DNA from: an uncultured Planctomycetaceae bacterium
GTDB lineage: Bacteria; Planctomycetota; Planctomycetia; Isosphaerales; Isosphaeraceae
Length of the DNA: 64,000 bases
Direction: 5' to 3'
Assembly (NCBI GenBank): GCA_963833985.1
Contig: CAWIAD010000001.1
Location: 1,632,001 to 1,696,000 of the forward strand
The notes beneath the pieces were generated by a model, which was not told the DNA's origin, did not search any database, and was given only the letters and a program-made list of their open reading frames with translations. Shown piece by piece: positions 22,178 to 32,861 of the stretch. The stretch's first letter is position 1. Each line of letters begins with the position of its first letter. The position numbers and the translations under genes are program-made.

Positions 22178-24376
22178 TCAGGGCTGCGGCTGCCCGAAAC
22201 GGCCGGAGCGGCGGAAGCGGCGGGTCTGCGGAAAATCGGCGCCGGCCGGCTGCGGTGGCTGGGGCGGTACGAAACGGGGGTCGCGCTGAGGCCGCATGAC
22301 GCCGGGGCCAAAGACACCGGGCGGCCCGCCCATGCGCCCGCCACCCGGAAGCTGAGGCCGCATGGGCTCGAACTGTCCAGGTCGCTGCATCCGCCCGGGA
22401 AACCTTGGGTTCTGGTCCAGCAGGCGGCCGTCCAGAGCGTCCATCACCTCGGGGACATGCAGGTCAATTGCTTCGTCATTCTCCGCGGGGTTCCCGCCGG
22501 TTGCGTCGGAACCGGCCGCCGGCGTGTCGCTGCAATGCTCGGCCAGGTAACGGGTCCACGAGCTGCGGTGGTCAGCCACCGGGGTCAGTACGCGTCCCAC
22601 TGGCGTTTCCTCCACGGTCCGGGGCGGAGCGCCCTGGACCAGCCGCAGGTACTCGATCACGGCCCGTGCCTGCCGCTCCTGATGGAGGCCCTGAAGCACC
22701 TGGGCCTTCAACGCCAGCAGCCGGAAACGCAGCTCGGTTGAACCGGCGCGGGCCGAGAGCATGTCGAGATCGGTCTCGGCGGTTGCGTAATCGCCTCGCA
22801 GGTAATCGAAAAAGAGCCGGTACTCGTCTTCGGACGGATCGGCCGGGTTCTCCTTGAGGGCGCTGCTGTGTGCGGCGGGCGGCTCGTCGAGGAGCGCCCG
22901 GGCGACCTTGCCAAGGCGGCGCAACGAGAACGTCACGGGAGACTGAGGAAGGATCTCGCCGGACGCGGGCAGGAGACTGACCCTGTCGACGGGTTGTCCG
23001 TCCAGCAAGGGCTGCGGGACGGTTTGCAGGAGCGACTGCGCGGCGCCCGCGAGCGTTGTCAGCCATTCCTGGCGCGCGGTGCTGTCAGGGGCCAGCAGTT
23101 TGACGTGGGTAGAGCCCAGGTCGCAGAGCAAGGGTGGAGACATTCCCCCGGCCGTTTCCACACGGATCGCCAGCGTCTGGCCGTCGGGATGCAGAGCGAG
23201 CGTGCCGAGCGGCAGGCCGGCGACCAGGGGGTGGAACTTCTTGATGACCGCCTGCCGGCGGATATTGCCGTAGCCGATGACCGGAGTTGGCCCGTCCAGG
23301 TCAGAGGCGAAGGCACAGAACTCCTGGTCACGGTCAAAATCGACGGAGAATCGCTTTGGTCCGGCCGTCGCCGTGGTGGGCGGCTCCAGGTCGATCATGC
23401 CCCAGCCCGCGGGGTTCCCCGGTTGCCGTGGGTTGCGCGCCTGCAACGGCCCGCGAGGTGTGTTTCTTGGCCCGGCATCGTCGCTCAGGCTCATGGCCCG
23501 GATGGTCGCGCCGGAATCCACGAGGATGCGGAGGATCTCGAATCCGGAGTTTCGCCCGTGGAGCCGCCTGGCGGCGACCAGGATCGATTGACCATCCTGG
23601 CTCCAGGCCGCGGGCTCCGTCATGGCGGTGAGCTCGGCCAGCGAGCGGGCTGCCGAGAAATCGTGGCCCACAATCTGGAGACTCTGAGTGGCGACGGCGG
23701 CTCGAAAGGTGCGGACGAATGCCAGCCGTGTGCTATCCGGAGACCATGACGGCAGGCTGGCCCCCTCGAGCGTCTTCAGAACCCGACCCTGCTCGGGAAG
23801 CACGATCAGGAGGGCCGCCGACCCGCCTGGGCGCGGAATCGCCAGGTAACGGCCATCGGGGCTCCACGATGCCCGCAGTTCGCTGAAGGCGGCCACCTGG
23901 TCGCGGTGCAGCACGGTTTCGGGAAGCGTGCCGATCACGCGATGCTCTTCCAGCGTCTGTTGCAGTACCAGTTCGACCTCGCCTCGTACGAGTCCCTCGC
24001 GCGATCTCGCGAAGCGGGGAACGAACCGGGCGTAGAACAGGCTGTGCCCCTCAGGGCCCCAGACCGGCGCGGAAAGCGGCTCGGCGGAATCGGCGATCAG
24101 GACCGAGCTTCCTGAGCCTTTTTCGGTGGCCCAGATACGGTACCGGCGAGCGGCTGCGGACCCTTCAGCGCGCTGGACTGGAATTTCGTAAGGTGAAATC
24201 GGTTCCGCCCGCGGCTCGAAGAGCCATCCGTCGCGGTGCGCAGGAGGCTCCGCGGTTTCAACGAGTGTGTAGGCCAGCCACTGACCATCCGGAGACCAGG
24301 AGACGGGCGACTGCACGCAGGCCCCGGCCAGCGTGGTGGCCAGCAATCGGAACAGGCTCAAGAGAACAGGTTGCAA
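22178..24376 (-). CDS. TolB-like (WSPDG repeat) putative lipoprotein
   Basis: Repeated WSPDG/WGPEG/WSQDG; lipobox-like LAGAC after a TTG start with GGAG upstream. Confidence 0.7.
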   Translation of the reverse strand: MQPVLLSLFRLLATTLAGACVQSPVSWSPDGQWLAYTLVETAEPPAHRDGWLFEPRAEPISPYEIPVQRAEGSAAARRYRIWATEKGSGSSVLIADSAEPLSAPVWGPEGHSLFYARFVPRFARSREGLVRGEVELVLQQTLEEHRVIGTLPETVLHRDQVAAFSELRASWSPDGRYLAIPRPGGSAALLIVLPEQGRVLKTLEGASLPSWSPDSTRLAFVRTFRAAVATQSLQIVGHDFSAARSLAELTAMTEPAAWSQDGQSILVAARRLHGRNSGFEILRILVDSGATIRAMSLSDDAGPRNTPRGPLQARNPRQPGNPAGWGMIDLEPPTTATAGPKRFSVDFDRDQEFCAFASDLDGPTPVIGYGNIRRQAVIKKFHPLVAGLPLGTLALHPDGQTLAIRVETAGGMSPPLLCDLGSTHVKLLAPDSTARQEWLTTLAGAAQSLLQTVPQPLLDGQPVDRVSLLPASGEILPQSPVTFSLRRLGKVARALLDEPPAAHSSALKENPADPSEDEYRLFFDYLRGDYATAETDLDMLSARAGSTELRFRLLALKAQVLQGLHQERQARAVIEYLRLVQGAPPRTVEETPVGRVLTPVADHRSSWTRYLAEHCSDTPAAGSDATGGNPAENDEAIDLHVPEVMDALDGRLLDQNPRFPGRMQRPGQFEPMRPQLPGGGRMGGPPGVFGPGVMRPQRDPRFVPPQPPQPAGADFPQTRRFRRSGRFGQPQP

Positions 24377-24735
24377 CGTCAGGCCCTCCCCCTTGAGATT
24401 CCTTCTCGTTTCGCACTGACCAGGAACCGATCCACGCGGGCAAGTCGTCTCCGGCTGGCTGGCATTTGCCAGGACAACGGATGCGAGCGCAGCCGTCTGG
24501 AGACCGCCTGCCGGCCCGGTATCGCCTTGCGGATCGATTCTCAGTATAGTCAAGAAGCAGGCCGAGTTCCTAGCCGACCATTTTGTTCCACTGCCCCGGC
24601 TCTTGAATCGGCGCCCGGCGGTCGATTATCTTTTATAGTGAGATCGTTGTGGCGGAAGGCGGACGATTCCCGGCGACTGGCCAGGCCCTTCCGAATCAGA
24701 TCGTATGGGTTGCACGATGACGGTCGGGAGTCGCT

Positions 24736-25265
24736 ATGCGCTTTGTGTTGATTGACCGGATTCTTGATGTGCAGAGGGGCGAATCCCTGGTGGCCGTGAA
24801 GAACCTGTCGCTCGCGGAAGAATACCTGAGCGACCACTTTCCCGGGTTCCCCGTCATGCCAGGTGTCCTGATGCTCGAGGCATCACCCAGGCAGGCGCAT
24901 GGGTGATTCGCGATATGGAAGATTTCGCGCACAGCATCATCTTGCTCAAGCAGGCCAAAACCATCAAGTATGGCAGTTTCGTTGAGCCGGGGCGGCAACT
25001 GGAGCTACGCGTCAACCTGGTGGCCCATACCGACTGCGAAACGAGCTTCAAGGCCGTGGGGCTGATCGACGGCCAGGAGATGGTCAAAGGGCGCATTGCG
25101 CTGAGGCGCTTCAACTTGCGTGATCGTGATCCGGGCCTCCACCAGACGGACTCAACCATCGTCGCCGGACTTCGCGACCTCTACCAGACGCTCCGCAAGG
25201 GGTCCGTCGGTGCTCGTGCCATCAGCCGTGTGCCGGCCGCTCCGGAGGTGAAGACAACCGTCTGA
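24736..25265 (+). CDS. FabZ-like 3-hydroxyacyl-ACP dehydratase 1, frameshift at ~24883
   Basis: Manual translation from ATG 24736: MRFVLIDRI...KNLSLAEEYLSDHFPGFPVMPGVLMLEA, continuing in the 24903 ORF frame (TQAGAWVIRD...FVEPG). Confidence 0.85.
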
Positions 25266-25627
25266 GCCAGGAATGGCCGGAACCCCCAGAACCCCCGCCT
25301 GCACTCCCGCCGTCGAATGACGCCCTCCTGTACACCCTCCCAGGCCACCTACCCGGCTCAGCTTACCTGGGCCAGGCCACTTGAATCCCTCCTTATGATG
25401 TTGCAAGGATTCTATTTTTTCCGCATGATACCGGCCTGCTACAGACCGATCGCGGTCGGGCAACTTTCCAGGCTGGCTCTCGCGGTCCATCGCGCACCGG
25501 GATGAGAGACCTTTGAAGTTGGACGCTCAGTATCGCCGACGATTAAGTGAGCCGACTTGATTCTCGGCGCCCCTGCCGGTCGGTCTGGATCGGGGTTGAG
25601 CGGCAATCCCTTTTTCCTGAGGATGAC

Positions 25628-26014
25628 ATGCCAACGTACGACGAGATCTTCGAGAAAGTTCAAGCGACTCTGGTGGATGCCCTCGGCGTGGACGAGGAAG
25701 ACGTGACTCAGCAGGCGACCCTGCAAGGGGACCTGGGGGCCGAGTCGATCGACTTTCTGGACATCGTATTCCGGCTCGAGCGGAATTTCGGGATCAAGAT
25801 TCCCCGAGGCGAGCTCTTCCCTGAAAACCTCGTTGCCGACCCCGAGTGGGTGGCCGAGGGTAAGCTCACCGAGAAGGGGATCAGCGAGCTGAAGTCGCGT
25901 CTGCCGTACGCCGACCTCTCCAGATTTGCCGCAAATCCGGACGTGGAAAAGATCGGAGATCTTTACACGGTCGACATGCTTGTCCATTATGTCCAGAGCA
26001 AACTGGCTGCCTGA
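25628..26014 (+). CDS. Acyl carrier protein, enlarged (128 aa)
   Basis: DLGAESIDFLDIVFRLE phosphopantetheine-site motif; terminal TVDMLVHYV helix. Confidence 0.9.
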   Translation: MPTYDEIFEKVQATLVDALGVDEEDVTQQATLQGDLGAESIDFLDIVFRLERNFGIKIPRGELFPENLVADPEWVAEGKLTEKGISELKSRLPYADLSRFAANPDVEKIGDLYTVDMLVHYVQSKLAA

Positions 26015-26167
26015 ACCGGTTGTATGAGTCATGGCGGGCCGGATCGCCGGGCCGGAGTCACGGTCGGTTCCGCCGCGACGTGAAGCGGAGCCGATGGCCG
26101 CGGGCTCCTGGTTCGTCGACAGCCCTGGAAATCGTCGCCCTGGTCTCAAGAGGTGCTTTTTCCGACA

Positions 26168-26707
26168 ATGCGCTGGATCTGGATCGATAAATTCCTGGAG
26201 TTTCGCAGCGGCCAGTTCGCCAGGGCGATCAAGAACCTGACATTGGCTGAGGAGCACCTGCACGATCATTTTCCCGGTTACCCGGTCATGCCCGCCTCCT
26301 TGATCATCGAGGGGCTTGCGCAGACCGGGGGTATCCTGGTCGGTGAGGCTGGTGGCTTCGCGGAAAAAGTCGTGCTGGCGAAGATCCCCAGGGCGGAGTT
26401 CCTGGGGGTGGCCTGCGCAGGTGATCAGCTCATTTACGAGGTAACCCTCAAGGACCTGCGCAGCGAGGGTGCCGTGGTCGAGGCCAAGGCGTTCCTGGAA
26501 GGCGAGCTCCTGGTCGACGCGGAGATTGTCTTCGCCCATCTGGACAACTCACGCGCCAATCAGATCTTCGGTCCCAAGAATTTCGTGTTCACGCAGCAAC
26601 TCCTCGGCGTCCTCGACCTGGCGAAGGCGCAGCAGCGCACCCGCGAGGCTGACGGGCTTGCCGCCAGCAACGGGCAACCACACCAGCCAAAGCCAACTGC
26701 CTCCTAG
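26168..26707 (+). CDS. FabZ-like dehydratase 2
   Basis: MRWIWIDKF, HFPGYPVMPASLIIEGLAQ. Confidence 0.9.
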   Translation: MRWIWIDKFLEFRSGQFARAIKNLTLAEEHLHDHFPGYPVMPASLIIEGLAQTGGILVGEAGGFAEKVVLAKIPRAEFLGVACAGDQLIYEVTLKDLRSEGAVVEAKAFLEGELLVDAEIVFAHLDNSRANQIFGPKNFVFTQQLLGVLDLAKAQQRTREADGLAASNGQPHQPKPTAS

Positions 26708-26899
26708 GCTCTTGCCAGCCACACCGTTTGTTCCGCCTGGGTGAAGACCGCGAATCGGGAAAAAGTTGCGGTCCAGGTTGAGTTTGTGTCCCCGCGACGG
26801 CCGAGAGAGGTCATAATAGTGGGACAAAAGAAAAGGACGTGGGGCCTACTAACGGGATGAGGCCCAGGGTCAGATCGGTCGGAGATCGACGAGTCATTC

Positions 26900-28216
26900 A
26901 TGCTTGGTTCCCAACGCCGCGTGGTCATTACCGGTCTGGGCCTGGTCACACCGCTGGGAGATGCCCCGGACCGAGTTTGGGGTGCCCTGGTCGAGGGTCA
27001 GGGTGCGGTGCGCCCCGTCGAGGCATTTCCCGTGGAAGGGATGCCGAACCAGCTCGGGGCCGAGATTCGCCACTTTGACTTCCTGAAGACGCCCGCGCTG
27101 GCGAAGGCGAAATTCATCAAAGAACTGCGCAAGAGCCGCAAGTACATGGCCCGGGACATCCAGCTTTGCGTGGCCGCGGCGCAGCTCGCCTCCGTGGACG
27201 CCCGCCTCGACGCGGGCGGAGTGGACCCGGCCCGAGTTGGTATCGACCTTGGAGCCGGGCTCATCTCCACAGAGCTGGACGAGCTGGCACCGGCCATCGA
27301 GCACGCCACGCCGCACGGCGGATCGTTCGATTTCGGGAGCTGGGGCCGGGAATCGATCGGCATGATCGAGCCCATCTGGCTGCTCAAGTATCTCCCCAAC
27401 ATGCTGGCCTGCCACATTTCCATCCTCATGGACTGCCAGGGTCCCAGCAACACGATCACGCAGGGCGATGCCTCGTCGAACCTGGCCATCGCCGAGGCGG
27501 CGCGGATCATCGCACGCGGTAAAGCCGACGTCATGATTGCCGGCGGCGCCGACTCGAAGGTGCATCCGCTGAGCTTCGTGCGCATGGCCCTGAATCGGAC
27601 CATGTCGCCCTGGAAAGGCGAGCCGGCCGGGGCCTGCCGGCCGTTTGATACGCACCGTTGCGGTACCGTGCCCGGCGAGGGCGCGGGCATCTTGATTCTG
27701 GAAGAGCGCGAGCACGCCCTGCGCCGCGGGGCTGTCATCCACGGCGAGGTCCTGGGCGCCGGCTCCGGGTGCGATGCCGTGGCCACGGGCGGCCTCGATC
27801 CCGAAGGGAGCGGTACGGAAGTCGCCATTCTCTCCGCGCTGCGCGAAGCCGGTCTGCCGCCATCGGCCATCGGCCACGTGAACGCCCACGGCGTGGGCTC
27901 GGTGGTTGGAGATCTCGCCGAGGCCCGGGCGTTTCACCGGGTCTTCGGCGCGGCTTCTCCGCCTGTCACGGCACTCAAGGGGTATTTCGGCACGCTGGCC
28001 TCCGGCTGCGGCGCGGTGGAACTGATCGGCAGCCTGATCGGCGTCAATCGCGGCCTCATTCCGCCGGCCTTGAACTGCGACGAACCGGATCCCGCCTGCG
28101 CGCTGGACATCGTCCGCCGTGCACCGCGGCCGACACGCAACACGGTCTTCATCAACACGAACATCACGGGCAACGGCCAGGCGGCCGCCGTGGTCGTCCG
28201 TGGTCATGCTCCATAG
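26900..28216 (+). CDS. FabF-like ketosynthase homolog lacking the catalytic Cys (chain-length-factor-like)
   Basis: RRVVITGLGLVTPLG, PNM, CRPFD, GEGAG, NAHG; TAC replaced by QGD and the second His replaced (KGYFGT). Confidence 0.85.
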   Translation: MLGSQRRVVITGLGLVTPLGDAPDRVWGALVEGQGAVRPVEAFPVEGMPNQLGAEIRHFDFLKTPALAKAKFIKELRKSRKYMARDIQLCVAAAQLASVDARLDAGGVDPARVGIDLGAGLISTELDELAPAIEHATPHGGSFDFGSWGRESIGMIEPIWLLKYLPNMLACHISILMDCQGPSNTITQGDASSNLAIAEAARIIARGKADVMIAGGADSKVHPLSFVRMALNRTMSPWKGEPAGACRPFDTHRCGTVPGEGAGILILEEREHALRRGAVIHGEVLGAGSGCDAVATGGLDPEGSGTEVAILSALREAGLPPSAIGHVNAHGVGSVVGDLAEARAFHRVFGAASPPVTALKGYFGTLASGCGAVELIGSLIGVNRGLIPPALNCDEPDPACALDIVRRAPRPTRNTVFINTNITGNGQAAAVVVRGHAP

Positions 28217-28311
28217 TCCACCCGAACAACGTCAGAGCGCAGCCGCCGGGCAAGTCATGAGGCAGCCGGCGGGATGGGTATGAGTGGATCGAACCGCGAG
28301 GAATCGCCCGC

Positions 28312-29597
28312 ATGCGTCGTGTACTGGTCACGGGAATGGGTATGGTCACTCCGGTTGGCCACGACCTCGAGTCTACCTGGTCGGCAATCCAGGAGGGACA
28401 GAGCGGGGTCGGGCCGATCTCGCTCTTCGACGCGCACACGTTTCCCACTCGCATTGCGGCCGAAGTGAAAGACTTCCGGCTCGACCGCTACCGCACGGAT
28501 GCCGGCCGGTGGGCCGACCACTCGCGCAATTCCAAGTTCGCTCTCGCCGCGGCGCAGATGGCCATGAACGATTCGGGCTTGAATGACCCCAGCGCCCTGC
28601 CCGACCGCAGCCGCTTCGGCGTCTATCTCGGGGCCGGCGAGGGCCAGCAGGACTTTCCCCGCTTTGTCAAGCTCGTGCACAAGTCGACGCACGCATGCAA
28701 GGTGCGCACCTCGGAGTTCACCCGGTTGGGCCTGCACGAGCTGCACCCCATTGCCGAGGCCGAGCAGGAGCCGGGCACGCCCTCGGCCCACCTGGCCAAC
28801 GCGTTCGGCGCCAAGGGCCTGAACGCGAATTGTTTGACAGCGTGCGCAGCCAGCTCACAGGCCATCGGCGAGGCGTACGAGATGATTCGCGCTGGTTGTG
28901 CCGATGTCGTGCTCTCGGGCGGCACCCACAGCATGATCCACCCATTCGGAGTCACCGGCTTCATCCTCTTGACCGCCCTCTCCACCCACAACGACGAGCC
29001 GGCGCGGGCGAGCCGACCGTTCGACCGCGATCGCGATGGCTTCATCCTGGGAGAGGGGGCGGGGATGCTCATTCTCGAGGAGCTGGAGCACGCCAGGGCG
29101 CGGGCGCGCGCGTCTACGGGGAAATTGTGGGCTACGGGTCCACGGCCGATGCATTCCGGATCACTGACAGCCATGACGAGGGTCGAGGTGCCATCGCCTG
29201 CATCCGCGAGGCCCTGGAGGACGCCCGGATTTCTCCGGACCAGGTCGATTACATCAATGCCCACGGCACCAGTACGAAGGTGAACGATTCGATCGAGACC
29301 CTCGCCATCAAGCAGGCCTTCGGGGATGCTGCCTACCGCGTGCCGATTTCCAGCACCAAGAGCATGATGGGCCATTTGATTGCGGCTGCCGGGAGCGTCG
29401 AGGCGATTGTCTGCCTGCTGGCGATCCGTGACGGCGTCGTGCCGCCCACGGTGAATCTCGATCACCCCGACGCGGATTGCGACCTGGACTACATCCCGCA
29501 CGAGTCCCGGCGCAAGAAAGTGGATGTCGCGCTTTCAAACAGCTTTGGCTTTGGCGGGCAAAACATCACGCTGATCCTTAGACGATTCACCGATTGA
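28312..29597 (+). CDS. fabF: FabF-like beta-ketoacyl-ACP synthase, frameshift at ~29103
   Basis: LTACAAS, SRPFD, NAHGTST, KSMMGHL, NSFGFGG (Cys-His-His intact). Confidence 0.88.
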
Positions 29598-29685
29598 AAG
29601 CACTTCAGCCCACCCGGGCCGGTACGAGCTTCGCCCCCAACGACAAGTGGGCGAAACCCGAACTGGCCGCCGGGAGCCTGTGGCG

Positions 29686-30798
29686 ATGCGATCAGGAGTC
29701 CTTGCCGTGGTTGGCTTTTCCTTCGCGGTTTACCTCGTTGCGACGACCGCTGCACTGGTGATTGCATTTCTGTCGGCCTTCATGGTCTACGCCGTATTCG
29801 CGTACGGCCCCGTGATCCGGCGGATTTTTGAGCTCCGGCCGGTGCTCCTGCCCTTGCGGGTCTCCCCGCAGGACGTCGGCGAGACCGTGCGTTTCCGGAC
29901 CGAAGACGGGCTGGAGCTTTCAGGCTCCTATCTCGCTCGCAGGGCTGTGCCGCGTGCCGGGGTCCTGGTTTTCTGTCACGAATATCTGAGCGACCGATGG
30001 AGCTGCCTTCCTTATCTCGATGCCCTGCGCGACGCCGGCTACGACCTGTTCACTTTCGACTTCCGCAACCACGGCAAGAGTGCTTCCGCCGCCGACTATG
30101 CGCCGCTCCAGTGGGCCACCGAGTACGAGGTGCGCGACCTCCGCGCGGCACTGGCTTACCTGCGTGGCCGTGCCGACCATGACGAGGCCGGTTTCGGTCT
30201 CTTCGGAGTGAGCCGGGGGGGAAGCACGGCCCTCGTCGTCGGCGCCGAGGAACCGGATGTCTGGGGAGTGGTGACCGACGGCGCGTTTCCCACACGCGGC
30301 ACGATCACCGCCTACATGTACCGCTGGGCCGCCATCTTCGTGCAGAGCAAGCTGTTGCTCTCACTCTTCCCCGGCTGGCTGTATGACATGCTGGGCTGGA
30401 TCAGTCTGCGGGGCTCGCAGCGCCGGCTCAATTGCCGGTTCCCCGACATCGAGACGGCTGCCCGGCGGCTTTCTCCGCGGCCCTGGCTGGCAATCCACGG
30501 CGCCCAGGACGTGTACATTGGCCCCGAGATCGCGCGTGCTCTCTTCGAGCATGCCCGTGAGCCCAAGGAGTTGTGGCTCGTGCCCGCGGCCAAGCATAAC
30601 CGCTGCCGGGAGTGCGAACCGGAAGCCTACGCGGCGCGGATCACCCGCTTCCTCGAGGAGCACGCACCGCGCCGCCCCATCCATTCTGCCGTGACGAGCC
30701 TGACGCAGGTGGCGGTCTCGGTTTACTCTACCGAGCCGGTACGCTCGGTCGGTGCTGGCAGGCTCGTGGCGAGCACCGCGGCCCCGGCGACGACCTGA
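29686..30798 (+). CDS. Membrane-anchored alpha/beta hydrolase
   Basis: N-terminal hydrophobic helix, DFRNHG.S, GVSRG, HGAQD, AKHN. Confidence 0.85.
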   Translation: MRSGVLAVVGFSFAVYLVATTAALVIAFLSAFMVYAVFAYGPVIRRIFELRPVLLPLRVSPQDVGETVRFRTEDGLELSGSYLARRAVPRAGVLVFCHEYLSDRWSCLPYLDALRDAGYDLFTFDFRNHGKSASAADYAPLQWATEYEVRDLRAALAYLRGRADHDEAGFGLFGVSRGGSTALVVGAEEPDVWGVVTDGAFPTRGTITAYMYRWAAIFVQSKLLLSLFPGWLYDMLGWISLRGSQRRLNCRFPDIETAARRLSPRPWLAIHGAQDVYIGPEIARALFEHAREPKELWLVPAAKHNRCRECEPEAYAARITRFLEEHAPRRPIHSAVTSLTQVAVSVYSTEPVRSVGAGRLVASTAAPATT

Positions 30799-30823
30799 CC
30801 GCCTCTCTACCAGGTGCAGAGCC

Positions 30824-32518
30824 ATGTTGAAAACCGTCAGCTGGGTTCTCGGGCAGCCCGTGGTCGCCCGCGCACGCCGGCTGGCGCGCCGCTTCCTCAA
30901 CGAAACACACCAGACCGCCGAGATCCAGCAGCGGCTCGTGCTCCAGCAGGTGGCCCGGAACTCCGGCAGCCAGTTCGGCCGCGATCATCACTTCGCCGCG
31001 ATCCGCACGGTGCAAGACTTCCAGCGGCAGGTGCCCATCAGCGGCTACGAGCGCCACGAGCCGTATATCGACCGCGTCCGCCAGGGCGATACCGAGGCGC
31101 TCTTCGCGGCGGGCACGAAAGTGCTGATGTTCGCCATGACCTCGGGCACGACCAGCCGTCCCAAGACGATCCCGGTCACCCGGCAAGCACTGGAGAACTA
31201 CCGGGAAGGCTGGACCATCTGGGGCATCCAGGCCTTCGATGCTCACCGGGAGATCCTCCGTTGGGGATTGCGCCCGATCCTCCAGATCGCCAGCGACTGG
31301 AAGGACAGCTTCACCCCCGCCGGCATTCCCTGCGGCGCGATCACCGGGCTGACCGCGTCCATGCAGAACCCGATGGTTCGCAGCGTCTACTGCATGCCGG
31401 TGGCCGGCTCGCGCATCAAGGACATCGAATCGAAGTACTACGTAGCGCTGCGGTTTTCCGTTTACCGCAACCTGGGCACCATCATTGCCGCGAACCCGAG
31501 TACGGTCCTGGCCATGGTGCGGCTGGGCGACCGCGAGAAAGAGACCCTGATCCGCGACCTGCACGACGGCACCCTGTCGCCGAAATGGGACATCCCTGAG
31601 CCGATCCGCCGCGCCCTGCGGTTCCGCTCGGGCATGAAACGCAGGGCCCACGCAAGGCGGCTCGAGAGCATCGTCAAAGAAACCGGCCGGCTCCTGCCCC
31701 GAGATTACTGGCCGAACCTGGAGTTCCTGTCGAGCTGGATGGGCGGCACCATGAAGGCCTACCTCTGCGGGTTCCCCGAGATGTTCGGTGACAAGCCCGT
31801 GCGCGACGTGGGGCTGATCGCGTCCGAAGGCCGGATGACCATTCCGGTCGAGGACGGCACGCCGGCCGGCATCCTCGATATCCGCCATCATTTCTTCGAG
31901 TTCATCCCGGAAGATCAGGCGGCGAGCGAGACGCCAGAGACCGTCGCGGCCGTCGACTTGGTCGAGGGTCAATGCTACTTCATCGTACTCACGACCGCCG
32001 GCGGGCTCTACCGCTATAACATCCACGACCTGGTGCGCTGCGTGGGCTTCCATGGCCGTGCGCCACTGCTGGAGTTCCTCAACAAGGGGTCGCACTTCTC
32101 CAGCCTCAACGGCGAGAAGCTCTCGGAGCACCAGGTCATCGCCGCGGTGGAGGAAGCCCAGCGGGTCACCGCCCAGCGGTTGCGGTCTTACCTGCTGTTG
32201 CCGGCGTGGAGCGAGCCACCCTATTACTGTTTGCTGGTCGAGAGTGCCGACCTGGCGGACCCGGCTGCTCCGGCAAAACTCGCCCAGGCCGTGGACGAGC
32301 AGTTGCGCACGCAGAACATCGAATACGCCAACCGGCGCGACACCCGCAGACTTGACCCAGTCCGCACCATCCGACTGCCAGACGGATCCTGGCTGGAATT
32401 CCAGAGGCGCCGGTTAGCGCGAAGCGGGGGAACCGTCGAACAGTATAAGCAACCGCACCTGATCCCCGACCTCGACGCGATCCACACGTTCGAGCATTGC
32501 GAACCTTCGGGCTCGTGA
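30824..32518 (+). CDS. GH3-family acyl-adenylate/amido synthetase
   Basis: TSGTTSRPKTIP, ASEG, FFEFIP, TTAGGLYRYNIHD, GEKLSE, QYKQP. Confidence 0.9.
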   Translation: MLKTVSWVLGQPVVARARRLARRFLNETHQTAEIQQRLVLQQVARNSGSQFGRDHHFAAIRTVQDFQRQVPISGYERHEPYIDRVRQGDTEALFAAGTKVLMFAMTSGTTSRPKTIPVTRQALENYREGWTIWGIQAFDAHREILRWGLRPILQIASDWKDSFTPAGIPCGAITGLTASMQNPMVRSVYCMPVAGSRIKDIESKYYVALRFSVYRNLGTIIAANPSTVLAMVRLGDREKETLIRDLHDGTLSPKWDIPEPIRRALRFRSGMKRRAHARRLESIVKETGRLLPRDYWPNLEFLSSWMGGTMKAYLCGFPEMFGDKPVRDVGLIASEGRMTIPVEDGTPAGILDIRHHFFEFIPEDQAASETPETVAAVDLVEGQCYFIVLTTAGGLYRYNIHDLVRCVGFHGRAPLLEFLNKGSHFSSLNGEKLSEHQVIAAVEEAQRVTAQRLRSYLLLPAWSEPPYYCLLVESADLADPAAPAKLAQAVDEQLRTQNIEYANRRDTRRLDPVRTIRLPDGSWLEFQRRRLARSGGTVEQYKQPHLIPDLDAIHTFEHCEPSGS

Positions 32519-32861
32519 ACGTGGCGACGCAAGCGGGTCAGGCTTGCCAGGCTCGCCTCGGCGACGTGGCAGAAGGGAGCCAGCCCTGCCGGCACACGAG
32601 CCGGGCAGATGCCTTGACCAGGTTCCACTTGCGGTGATCGGCGTGTTGTGGTAACCGGGCGATCGCGGGAGTGTCGCGACCAGTCCACGTGATGGCCCAC
32701 TCTGCTTGCTTGGGCCGTTGCTTGCAAGTCGTGGCGGCTTCTCTCCCGGTGCTGACCTGCCTGGCCGCGGAAGAGGCTCGCGGTAGGCGGGGAAAGGCCA
32801 CGGCGTGAGGCCCACCCGGTCGGCTGACCGGTGTATCCCCAGTGAGGGGGAACCCATCTCC

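Noticed and set aside
25628..29597. Ladderane biosynthesis cluster
   Set aside because: No radical SAM, methyltransferase or desaturase-like genes typical of the anammox candidate clusters
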